Made by a program: the position numbers and the translations under genes. A stretch of DNA of 64,000 nt from Octopus vulgaris (lineage: Eukaryota), in contig OX597823.1 in NCBI GenBank assembly GCA_951406725.2, positions 42,346,001 to 42,410,000 on the forward strand. Direction: 5' to 3'. Position 1 is the stretch's first letter, and each line of letters begins with the position of its first letter. Of the stretch, positions 13,311 to 25,700 are shown piece by piece. The notes below the pieces were generated by a model, which was not told the DNA's origin, searched no databases, and worked only from the letters and a program-made list of their open reading frames with translations.

Positions 13311-14220
13311 AGCTTTTTTCATCTCTTCAAAATTCTTTCAGAACATGGCAATGACCAACCAGAAGTAAAATGTAGTTATTCTTTAGGAAATTATCTTCAC
13401 TTATTGCAATATCCACAGAACTCATAATCCAAGTTCATCTTATTTTACCAACTCCTACTAACACACAAGACATGCATTTTATTTTCCCAAAGTCACAAAT
13501 CTATCAAGAAAATGCAGACCATTGCACACAAGACCACATACAGACAACCCACACAATGAAGAAAAAAATAAGATAAATGTAAAATTACCCTTAATACGAG
13601 AGTGACACAATATGTTGTTGCAACATTTTGAGCTCCTGTAGTCAATAAGGATGAAAATTATTAGTGTTGCTATTGTTCCAGTTCTTTACATTCTGAGTTC
13701 AAATCCAACAGAGGTCAGTTTTACATTTCATTCTTCCAGGGTCAATAAAATAATGTACCATCTTCACACATTTATGATATTGTGCCTATATTAGAAAAGA
13801 TTACTATTATTGCTATTTGCAATATTCCCATAAACAATTATAAATATAAAGTATTCACATTGATTGAGTTATTCAGGTCAATGGACCAGATATTGCGATT
13901 TTAAAAAAATCATATAGACAAAATATGTTTGCTCATAGATATGTCAATTCCAGTAATCTTAAACATTTCTATGGAAATATTTGAAAGATTAAGTAAATAC
14001 TAGTATGCTGAAATTGAGGTCTCAAAAATATAGACTCTCAGAACAAATACTTTACCCATGATCAGGTAAAGTTTTGAGGACAATACCAAACGGAACTATT
14101 AAACAATATAACCAAACACCAGGAAACCCCAAATTAGCAGAATATCAAACAAAACCTTTTGAAACTGAAAAATAACAGATTTTGGTCTCCTTTCCCTATA
14201 GTATTGCAATGTTAGCCATA

Positions 14221-14585
14221 AACAAGAGCAACCACAGATCACAAACCTCTGCCAAGACAACACTAATGTGCTCTCAACGATTAGCTGGAGATGATTTTTA
14301 AAATGAGAATACCTGAAATAAACTCAACTGCTCTCACAAATGAGAATACTAAAAATGAACCCGACTGCTCTCAAAAATTAAGTAAAAGACTGGAAAAATA
14401 ATTCAGAATCTCTGTCTGATACCAGATCGATCCCCAAATCTAATCAGTTTGTGCCAATCACCAGGCCAAACATCCTTGGTAGTGTCATCTGAATCTATCG
14501 AGTAGTTCTTAAGATATCTTGTCCAAGGTCAAACAAACAAACACGACTGAAAACAATACTACTACCTTCGCTAAGGCAGAGGTAA
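14221..14585 (+). mobile_element. Helentron-associated (HINE/DINE-1-like) non-autonomous element
   Basis: AACAAGAGC start and subterminal inverted repeat ACCTCTGCC (14245-14253) / GGCAGAGGT near the 3' end. An (AAAC)n tract and CCTT-cgct-AAGG hairpin precede the end. Confidence 0.6.
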
Positions 14586-15094
14586 TAACACCCAGAGTAG
14601 AACATTCAAGTAGGTGATACTTCAGATTTCTGTGTAAGATTTGGAACAGCTCCCACAAAACAAAGCAACAATAAAATAATGATAGTAACAATTAGAAGCA
14701 GAAGATGAAATCTTTCTAATTTTGTGCCAAGGCCAGCTAGGAAGTTGATTACGTTGACCCAAGTACTTGACTGGTGTTATTGACTTCAAAAGAATGAAAG
14801 GCAAAATTGAACTGAGAAGGCAATGAGCCAGAGAAAATGCTATTGAGCATTTTGTCTGATGTTCTAACAGTTTTGACAGCTTATCACCTTAATAATAATT
14901 GTTTTTGTGGTTGTTTTTTGTCAGAGGGGATTGCAATCTATCAGTGTGCAGGTATTTGTTTTCCAGTCCTTTATTATTATGCTTCAATGGTCTCTTTGTC
15001 AGTTTGGACAGGGTTAACCCAGGTTATAGTGGCCAGGTCACTGTTGCATACTCTTTTTGACACATCTTTGTACCATATCTTGTTTGCTTTCACT

Positions 15095-15330
15095 GCCTAT
15101 AAAGATGTGGCAAAGCTACCAAAATATAAGAGCCTCGAAACTGAAATGTTCAAGATGTAGGGTATGTAGGTGAAAACAATACCATTAGTATCTGAAGAAT
15201 TAGGTATAATTCTAAAAGACATAAAAAGAAACATAGAAATCATACCAGGATCATGACACCTCACACTGTCCACCAGATAGCTCTGTTTGGAGCAGCCCAC
15301 ATCTTGTGCAAGACACTATTCATTCAACGG
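15095..15330 (+). mobile_element. Decayed C-terminal fragment of another RLE-type non-LTR element
   Basis: KLPKYKSLETEMFKM*GM*VKTIPLVSEELGII...QIALFGAAHILCKTL matches the KYKDL..E...W......IP.VIGALG...GTAHILRK.L tail of these elements. Confidence 0.7.
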
Positions 15331-15398
15331 AATAGCTCAACTAGATCAATCTCCCACAGACACACCCAATACAATAAGCACCTAATAATCTAAAACAA

Positions 15399-15633
15399 TG
15401 GTGGCACGTAAAAAGCACCAATCCAATTGTGGCCGTTGCCAGCCTCGCCTGGCACATGAAAAGCACCCACTACACTCACGGAGTGGTTGGCGTTAGGAAG
15501 GGCATCCAGCTGTAGAAAGACTGCCAGATCAGACTGGAGCCTGGTGCAGCCTTCTGGCTTCCCAGATCCCAGTCGAACCATCCAACCCATGCTAGCATGG
15601 AGAACGGACATTAATCGATGATGATGATGATGA
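15399..15633 (+). mobile_element. SINE 3' part with internal GGCACGTAAAAAGCACC repeats and a (GAT)n tail
   Basis: Near-identical blocks at 19650-19895, 29985-30110 and 41930-42155 (GAAGGGCATCCAGCTGTAGAAA...CCAACCCATGCTAGCATGGA). Confidence 0.85.
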
Positions 15634-16205
15634 ACTCACATTACACATTATCATGCACAACAACACAAATACCAATATAACAAGAAACAATAAACTAAAC
15701 CCTATCACAAAACACTCTGATAAAGAATACCAACAGGAGGAGTCAACATTCTACCAATCCCTACAATAGTAAGAATGCTGTGCACACTTTGGGGAACATG
15801 GAAGTGCACCAGGTGGTGCAATAGAAACTCACATGAAACTTCTGAAAAAATAATTATAATAAAAATCTGTTCTTAACACTCCATTCTATTGATCATCTTT
15901 GGTTGCACACAAAACACTGTGACAAATCTAAGATAGCAGAAACAGCTTCAAACATAGGAAGATAACCAAAATTGCTGTTCCTTTTAATATGATTCTTCAC
16001 ATATATGTACACACATCTGAACAGGAAAAATCTTTGAAGAAACAAAAGCATTCACATACTTACATAGTCATGAATATATCCAGTACACACGAACTGTATG
16101 CACATAAGCATGTATACATATCTCCATACATAATAAATATAAATATGTATGTTTGTCTGTATTGGTAGATATGTATGTGTGCATGTGTATATATGTGAGT
16201 GCATG

Positions 16206-16265
<60 letters not shown>

Positions 16266-16583
16266 AACACACATGCGTGCATGCATGCATTAAAGAATGA
16301 TAGGAAAAGACTGCATATGAAGTTGGAGCAAGTAGAATAACACAAGAGAAATAAAACAAAATAAATGGGTACAAGAGTGGGAGAGAGAGAGAGCAATAGA
16401 AACACAGAAAGACAATCAATATATTGGGACAATTTTGAAGTGAAATTTTCCCCCTCCAGCTACATTAAAGGAATATCAAAACCTAAGAACTGATAGCAGA
16501 CATATTTGCCATTCATTGCAGATTATGTGAAGTTTTTGAAAAATTGTTATTGAAGATATTGGAGGGACCATTGTAATCATTTA

Positions 16584-16616
<33 letters not shown>

Positions 16617-16752
16617 TGTTGTTGTTGTTACAAGTGCAATTTTTATACTATTATTTATACTATTATTTTATACTATTATTTTAAAATTTTAGTAAGTGCG
16701 TAATATTGTATCTATATCTACATAAGAGAGCATATGTCTATGGATGTATATA

Positions 16753-16827
<75 letters not shown>

Positions 16828-17099
16828 TGCATATGTGTTTATATATGCAATATATGAATATAAATACACATATATCATACAATATATATATATACATATA
16901 TAGTAGGAAACCTAGCTCTGAAAGAAATATAAGAATGTAAACACATTCATCCCTGCTTTGATGTGTACAATAGGAAGGAGGAAGTCTCCTAATGGACCAT
17001 TTCAAGGTTTGCCATGGGTAGGATATGTCATTTTGTGTGTATGCTTTGTTGCCTGAATGTTACGTTACTAGTGAGTTTTGGTCTGTAGTTGATAATATG

Positions 17100-17700
17100 C
17101 ACGGTAATAAGAAACTAGTAATTGAGTCCATAGGGAATGGAAGGTTTGAAAGGTAAAGATGAGCTCTTGTTTCTGTTGGAGACAAACATTGAAGGAGCTA
17201 GTATGCCAGACTAAGTTAAGCACAAAGATGTCAGGTGGAGAGACCCACAAAGTGAAAATGGCACATTTGTACATAAATACACAAACACACATGTGCAATT
17301 TCAATTCTGTAAAATGTGAAAGTAGGTTTGAATCAGCTTTTGTGAGAATATTTTTGTGTGTAGAGAAGTGAATACATTTGTTTAGAGCAGGGTATGTAAA
17401 CATACTGTGCGAGTGTGTGTGTCTGTGTATTTACTTTTGTGTAGTTGATGTGAATAAGGTCTAATGGTATGGATATGTGTGTAGGAAGAAGAGATTGTGA
17501 AGTACCTAACAAGGCATTTATCAGTGAGTTGAGTATGTTACATGAAAGTAGTGTTACTATATGAAAACAAGGTGATGATGAATTCCATTTAAGCAAACCG
17601 TTTGGAGAGGGAAGATTAGCTGTTCTTGATATTAGCAAGGGGTTTGATTCATAGTGTAAAATGCCACCAGTCAGATGAAGGTAGGCATGGCCAGGATAAT
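17100..17700 (-). mobile_element. Possible highly decayed Penelope-like GIY-YIG endonuclease region
   Basis: Minus-strand relics QYVYIPCSK and LQQKQELIFTFQTFHS.GLN resemble the PLE C-terminal E..LI..L......GLN motif. Heavily degenerate. Confidence 0.4.
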
Positions 17701-18932
17701 TGAAATAATGAGTTTCAGAATTACAATGACAAATTGACGTAATCCAGTGTTATTACATTTGGATGGCTAAACTATATACTCGAAAACAGTCTGCAACTCT
17801 TTGACCAGTTTTTCCAATCTTCTATTTAATAATAGCCAAAATAAATGTTGGTTGGTTGATTGGCTGGTTGATATCTTCTGTCATACTTTAGACTGTAGAG
17901 TGACAGAGTGGTGTAGAGAAAGTAAAAGAGAGATACAGAGGGTGTTAACATAAGGAAGTTCAGAATGAGTGTCTTCTTGAAAAATACAAAATTTTAAAAT
18001 GTAATTTTGTAAATAGATTTTCATTGGAATAGATTACAATTATATTGATAACATTTTGAAAACAAAGAAATAAATAACATACATTTATTGCAAATATACA
18101 AAATTTGTTTAATTTTATTTTATTTCAAGTCAATAAATATTTTCCTTCTGAAAATTAGTATTCTGCACCGAGAAATATTATAGATAATTGTTGATTATTA
18201 TTTTCTTAATTGGTACGTATTTATATATAATTACCTATATAATTTAGGTAAGGATTTACCCAAGGTGCCATGCAGTGGGATAGAATCGAAAACAGTCATG
18301 GTGTGGAAGTAAACTTTTTAATCATCACCCAGCCATGCATGCATATGTGTGTGTGTGTGTATGAAAGTTATATTTCTTAGAAATTTTTACTATCATACTT
18401 TGTTGTCCTCAGCCAAAGCAAAAATCAACATGAAACTGAGATCACTTTTATCTTGAAATCATATTTCAACCTGTTAGCAGCAATTATTTTTAACATTTCT
18501 GTGGGCATTTGAATGATGAATCTGTCTCGGTGTGTAGTGAAACATATGCTATACTAGCACTGTAGCTAGTGTATTATCCTATACTGACTACAAGTAGATC
18601 ACATAGTATATTTGTTAATACGCTGGATTCACATGGATCAGTGATAATCTCTGCTGTCAGACTGAGATGATGGAGTATCAACCTATCTTCCTTTACTTCT
18701 CACATAATAGATAGATTAGTAGCCATGATAAACCAGTAGCCTGTACCATACTGAATAATTGTTATTTTTTTTGTTATGCCAGTGTTGTGGTTAAGAAACT
18801 TACTTTATGATCATGTGGTTTTAGGCTCAATTCTCTTGTGCAACACCTTGAGCAGTTATCTTTCACCACAGTCCCAGGCCAACGAAAACTATGTGAGTGA
18901 ATTGGGGAGATCAAAGCTGAAAGAGGAAACTC

Positions 18933-18983
<51 letters not shown>

Positions 18984-18985
18984 GT

Positions 18986-19292
18986 GGGGGTAGCAGGGAA
19001 CTGTACCAGGTAGCCAAAAAGGAGGTTGGGCAGCAGGTATACATAACCAAGGGTGAAACAGAAAAGAAGTTTGCCAATGTCCAGTGACCTGAGGACCAAA
19101 GAACTGAGGTATTTTGGATTGCTAGACAGTGTGTGAGAGAAAATTGTGATGTTACAGGAGAGAAATGCGTTTGCATGGATGATGGTGTACTTCCTTTTAA
19201 TGTTTCTGAAAAGAAAGAGGCTTGGAGAAGCCATTATGAAAGACTGCTGAATGTGGAGAATGAATGAGAGGAGAAGAGCCTGCCAAATGTTG
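18986..19292 (+). mobile_element. RTE-clade LINE internal fragment inside a SINE (~18780-19470)
   Basis: GGSRELYQVAKKE...EVFWIARQCVRENCDVTGEKCV...KKEAWRSHYERLLNVENE, the endonuclease-RT linker. Confidence 0.75.
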
Positions 19293-21477
19293 TTTACAAT
19301 TTCCCCTGAAAATATAACCTGACTTGGGGAAAATGTTATGTTACTTGGAAACAAGTGAGGGTTAGTGACCGAAAGATCAATCTGTCTGGTTGTAGCAAAT
19401 CTACTTCAATGAATCCAGTCTGACCCATGCAAGCGTGGAAAGTAGATGTTAAACCAGTGATGATGATGATAACATCAACAAATGAAGATGACAATGATGA
19501 TAACATCAACAAATGACGATGACAATGATGATGATGATTATGATTTCTTCTCGTTTATTTTTTTATATCATTTTACATTTAATGCTTTATTGACACACTT
19601 CATAAGATTATTTTTGCTGTTTTAACACCATCCAAACATGATCGTTGCCAGAATGGCTAACTGGCGTCCATGCTGGTGGCATATAAAAAGCACCATTTGA
19701 ATCATTACCAGATTCGCCTTACAGGCACTTGTGCTAGTGTGCAGGTGGCACATAAAAAAACACCATTTAGGCTTGGCCGTTGCCAGTACCACCTGACTGG
19801 CCCTTGTGCCGGTGGCATGTAAAAGCACCCACTACACTCTCAGAGTGGTTGGCATTAGAAAGGGCATCCAGTTGTAGAAACTCTGCCAGATCAAGATATA
19901 TAAAAACAATTAGATGTTTTTATATATCTGTTGCAGTAAGCTAACTTTTCTGAATTCAATGCTTTTGGTCAGGTCAAGTCGTGTAAGATGAGGGGTTCAT
20001 ACCATCACAGCACATTGCTATTCATTTATTTAGTGGTATATTCCTGGTTAATGTACCAAGCAGAGTCCCAGTCTGTCCCTATCTCCATGAGATTCTTCCT
20101 CGTCTGTCATGGCCATGTGGTCAAACAACAAGAACCATCAACCTACCCACATTCTCATTGTAAAGAACATGAGAAAATGTTCTAATGTGGAACTGGCACT
20201 TCCAAATCATACAGGTAACAGGACAATCTCAGTCTCTGAGCAGAGTTGTTGATTCTTTCTCATGATTAACTTTTATTTCCCCCCCCCCCACTCTTTCTGG
20301 GTTAGTCTATTTTCCAACCTAGCCTTCAGGGGGTCAAATCAAACTATTATTGTCTCACCTTCAAACCACTGGCTTACACCTGCTAAAAATAAGTCAGTAT
20401 AATATACTGAAGTCAGATTTGCCTTTCATCATTTTAAGAATTAACAGAAATAAAATAAAATTAGCAACCGAGGACAATGGTTTGGTGGAGCTGTAAGGAA
20501 ATGGAACCAGGCACCTTGTGGTATTTATTCCAGGTTTTTGTGTTCTGAGTTCAGATCCTGTCATAACTTACATGGGTGGTAGATTTCATCCATTGCGTGA
20601 TTTAACAAAACTGCCTAGCACCTTGGATACTTTCAGCAGAGTCTACATTGTTGAAAGCATTCAAGGTACATCTCTAATGTGAGAATATCGTCTCTTACCT
20701 GACTTTGGAGGCACTGTAAATAGTCATAAGCATTGCTTTCTCTTCTCACAAAGAGATTTTTTTCAAAAAAATACTGTGCATAACAATCTCATGCTTTAAT
20801 GATTAATTTTTAAATTCATAAAAATAAAAATTTAAAAGTTAATTATAGAAAATAAAATGCTAAACATTCATAATGATTGCTTTAAAAGTTCAATTACTGC
20901 AACGTGCTGCATCAATAATGTGCATGTTGTGAGTGTTTGTTCAGCCATTCAGCCATTTTGTTAGTTTGCATGTTGATGTTGTGAGCACATATTATATTCA
21001 CGATTTCCAACTTTTGAATTAATTCACCCTTCCAATGGGCCAAAACGAAATGCTAATATAATGGTGAATGCTATTGATAATATTAAAAAAAAAGGTAAAC
21101 AATAACTTAAAGAATAAAATACAAGAATATAGATGAAAAAAAATCTGAAAAAACCCGAAGATTTATCATCAGAATTTTTTCTTTTTTTTTTTTTGGTGGG
21201 GGGTCTCAGTCAACTGTATTCATTGATTTTAATGGATAAAAATTTTTGAATAAAATTCAAAGTGCACAATCCTTGCAATTTACAAGGGTATGTAATAAAG
21301 AATTGGTCAACCATTTATCTTGCATTTATTAGCACGAATAACTGATTAAATTCAATAATTTGAGATGCTTCTTGAGGAAGCTGTAATTGTTCTGAAGCTT
21401 TATCAAATTCAAAGTCTTTCAAAGACATGAATGAAAGTGACTATGAAAACATAATTACAGCAAACGATTGTTGATTT

Positions 21478-21786
21478 TATACATATACATATATATATAC
21501 ATATATACATACATATATATATATACATATATACATACATATATATATATACATACATATATATATATACATACATATACATATATACATACATATACAT
21601 ATATACATACATATACATACATATATACATACATATACATATATACATACATATATACATACATATATACATATATATACATATATACATACATATATAC
21701 ATATATATACATATATACATACATATATACATATATATACATATGTACATATATATATATGTACATGTGTGTGTGTATGTGTGTGT
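21478..21786. repeat. Compound (TA)n/(TACA)n microsatellite
   Basis: About 300 bp of ACAT/AT units, ending in a short GT-rich tract. Confidence 0.95.
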
Positions 21787-21787
21787 T

Positions 21788-21925
21788 TATTTAACTTTTA
21801 CAAAGAAAAGGTTGAGATAAACTTTGAGGTTTTAGCATGATTGCCTTTATCAGACTCTAAGGAAGGCAGGCAAGCAAGCTGAAACTTTAGAGTCACTTTC
21901 ATCTTTTTCTGGTAAAAGTTAAATA
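21788..21925. mobile_element. Short palindromic insertion with two degenerate hammerhead-like motifs
   Basis: Outer arms are TATTTAACTTTTA / TAAAAGTTAAATA. The plus copy is CTAAGGAAGGC...GCT-GAAA-CTTTAGAG-TC (21857-21894). The minus copy is CTGATAAAGGC-aatcat-GCT-AAAA-C. Confidence 0.5.
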
Positions 21926-22238
21926 CATATGTACTTTACTTAAAAGTATTGAATAATTCTTTAGTTTTATGTTAATGTACTCCATAACTTGACATAAAAG
22001 CAAATATTGATATATATATATATAATAAGTAAAGGTAAGATCCAAGGATCAAGGCGTAGGAAAATAGTAAGCTTCAAGCAGTCTGTAGAAGGTATAAAAA
22101 AACAGCTTTCAGGAACAATAGTGGTTTATTGACATAGAAGGTTGTAAGTTTTTCCCATATGGAAATTTGATAAGCTAAAAAGATTGCTTTAGAGCTTATG
22201 GTTCACAGCAGTGGTTTCTATACATGTGAATAGAAATC

Positions 22239-22605
22239 CAAAGTTAGGAAATGGATTAGTTAAAATCCAGGCTACATATATTTTATAGCTAGCAGAGCCT
22301 TGGAAGTAGAAATTATCCAAATGCGGGGTAATCTGCTAGCTACTCATCAGGCCAAAGATACTTTAATCGAAAGAAGTTAACATTGTTGTCTAGAGACCCC
22401 ATGTTGACTCACAAGGGATTCAATTGAAAATGCATGGAAAGATACAGACTGAGAAGAAAAGCATATATTAATGAAGGAGTGGGTGAATGAAAAGAAAGAG
22501 TAGCTAGCAAGTTACCCCTCATTTGGACAATTACTACTTCTGAGGTTCTGCTAGTTACGAAAAATATATAAGCTGGATTTTATCTACTCTACTCCCCTAA
22601 CTTTG
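22239..22605. mobile_element. Inverted pair of a different hammerhead-containing element (long stem II)
   Basis: The ~107-bp arms 22239-22345 and 22498-22605 are imperfect reverse complements. Minus strand 22353-22270 reads GGC-CTGATGA-GTAGCTAGCAGA...TCTGCTAGCTAT-AAAA-TATATG-TA-GCC. The plus copy retains TAC-GAAA at 22556-22562. Confidence 0.7.
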
Positions 22606-22700
22606 TGTGTACATATGTATGTATGTGTGTGTATCACCAGTTAGTTGTCTATATGTCATAAAAATAGAACACCTACTATGTATGTATGTATGTATGTATG

Positions 22701-22755
<55 letters not shown>

Positions 22756-25700
22756 AAGCAATATATTTGAAGGGTTGTCAATTTGTCAATATTGCCTTGG
22801 TGCAAAAGTCAATGAGAACTGATGATAGCATCTTGCCATAACAACTACAAATACACACATACACACACACACACATAATTAGGAGATAGTTGACATGTTG
22901 TAAAATTGCAAGAGGGAACAGCAAGTGATGATGCTGATGCAGAAAATTTGTTCTTAGGAAAAAGAAATTAAAATTAATTGGAAAATATGGATGCATAGAC
23001 ACCTAAATTGTAAATGTAGCTGAAATACACCTATTTTTGAAATGTTTGTCAGCATGCAGCTGCATTATTAAAAATTTAATTATCAATGTCAGGTTGTTAA
23101 AGTAGTTAAGAATCAGTTAATGTCCTTGTTTTGAGGTAATGTGTCTGGGGACGCTAATTTAAGACCTGTACTTGTATAACTTGCCAAAACTCCAAAGCTA
23201 CACTTTCAGTCATATAGAAAGCAAATAAAAAAATGTTTATGCCACTGATACACTGAAGACAGTTTTTTTGTTTTGTTCTTTACTCAGTAACACAAATATT
23301 GTGATTACAAAATTGTTTCATACACTGCCTTTCATATATAATTGCTTCTAACATTGACACAACACCAGAAATTTTTGAACAGAGTGGTGGAGCACCAGAC
23401 AAATTACCTGATTCCAGTACTTTATTATTACTTTATCATGTCTAGTGAAATGAAAGGCAATATTGACTGTCGTAGGATTTGAACTCCAATAAGTAAAGAG
23501 CCAGAACAGAAAATGTAGAGCATTTACATCTGCTCTTTAATGTTTCTGCATCTCATTGCTCTTATCACATCCTCGTCACTATGCAAATGTTATATTAATA
23601 TCTGTGTTGCCGAATACATCACTTTTGCAAAGAATGAACCAAGGCATTATTGAAGCATTTTTGGAACTTATTAACAACTGGGTGTTCCTATGTTGAAATC
23701 AATGAAAGAGAGAGAGAGTCCCTCATAAAGTAGAAATATAATGCAATGTTACATGAGCATTAGATATAGAGGATTTAGAGTTATGTGAGGCAAATATGCT
23801 GGATATATTGTCTAAATGGTGCACAACATGAACTTGAAACTAGCCATCGAGAAAAATGGTTTAGATTATAAACAACAAAAAAAAACAATAAAAATTCACT
23901 GGTTAAAGCATATAGAAGAAATAACTAGTTATAGCCAAATTATAAATAATTGAAGAACTGGTGAAGAATTTTTGAAGCAGATTGTGCCATAAGCTGTCAG
24001 TAGTAGTAGAATTTATATGCTTTAGAATTAGATTGGTATGAGTTCTTTAGATTGAGCCACATAGAATTGGGTTTAACAATAAGACCTTTAATGATTCAAA
24101 CTAGGAAAATGCTAAGCATGCAAAGAAAAAAGAAGTAAAAAGTTGAGATCTTATTAAGATAACTCCACATTTCTTTCATCAGCCTTCATCTTATTCTAAT
24201 TTTCAGGCAAAATATCTTTCTTCCTCTTTTTTGTAATGACATCAGACTGGATTGGTGCCATCATGTGAAGAAATATTATCAAAAGTACATACAAAAATCC
24301 ACTGCTATATGCTCTTGCTTTTCTTCTCAGCAGATGTTACTCTTCTTACAATTCGTTATTACATATATTATCACCTTCGTTATATTTTTATTAATACCTT
24401 TGCATAGCTTTGGAAAATTTCTAAGCAGACACTCCTGTCACTTACTCAGTAAAATTCTAAAGAAAATTAATAAAGTGTATAGTTGCCATTTACTGTATTA
24501 ATTTATTCATTCTTAGATTTCTTTACACAGAATCATAGTTGTGTGTTGTTACCATTTTGCCTTGGGCACCAGACACTGCAGTATGCACACACACGCTCGC
24601 GCGTACACACACACACACGTATTATATAAGAAGCTATTAGAAGAAATGTTAGCCACACCATGCCTGTTTCTGATATTTAAAGATTCTTGTAATTAGTTTT
24701 GTGGTGGGGGGTGGGGTGAGGGAGACAAAAGAAGATGTCTGCAAAAGAGAAAAATACACAGTGAGAGTGATAGACATGACTGAATGAGAATGAAAAACAA
24801 AACTTACAACTAAAACGATAGTGAGAGAGAGAGAGAAAGATAGACAGGTGGTGTGAGGAAGGGAGACAGGAGGCAGAGAAATAACTCAAGGAAAATAAGA
24901 AAACTTCAGCTATATATATATATTATACACACATACACGTATGTGTTTATTAGATATTACAGAAAGTATAAATAAATAGGAAACTAAAAGTACATAAATA
25001 TACACACACAAGCTGTGATTTTTCAATTGACAATCTAGACTATACTTTTGAAATACAATATATAATTAAACTTCAAATTGTACTAGTTATATATGTAAGT
25101 AGAAACTGATAACTGCTTTGTGATTTTTTTATATGCACCTATATGTCTTAAAGCCAACAGATAAATAGTCAAAACACTCTTCAGTCTTCTTCGAAGAACT
25201 CTGCACACTCTATAGAGGACAGTTTCAGGTTAGAATATTAACTTTAAGAGTACAGATTCTACATAGCTCTGGAATTATCTCAGTAAAAAAAAAAGTTTCT
25301 TTTCTAAGTCAGAAAGTATTTAAAAATGCTAACCATCATTCTCCTCTGTTTTCTCTTCTATGTATCTTGACCTATCTCATTCTCTTAAATAATTCAATAA
25401 TGCAATTCCCCCATTCCTCCTTATACTAGACTGCATGTTTTATTACTCTTGAAATCACCTTTCTGAGAAGGACCAGCTGATAATTGAAAAAAACCATCTT
25501 CTCTTCCCATAAAAAATATTTAATCTTGAGCATTACATGCCCAGATCCACTCTATAAGTGAATATCTTATGCTATCAATAATAATGTGTTTCACCTTCTG
25601 GCTTCATACTTAATATATCTTCTAGTCTTCCCATTGACTTGTGCCTGCATGTTTGTTTCAGCTCACAGGATGTGATCATATGTGCATCTCTGTGAACAGT

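Noticed and set aside
16980-17060. Minus-strand CCTT-GAAA-TGG-TC next to the Penelope-like fragment as a hammerhead 3' half
   Set aside because: No recognisable CUGANGA or stem II partner remains.
19460-19540. 31-bp tandem repeat, and nearby GGCAC.TAAAAAGCACC repeats, as a CRISPR-like array
   Set aside because: This is eukaryotic SINE tail and internal slippage. There are no unique regular spacers or cas genes.
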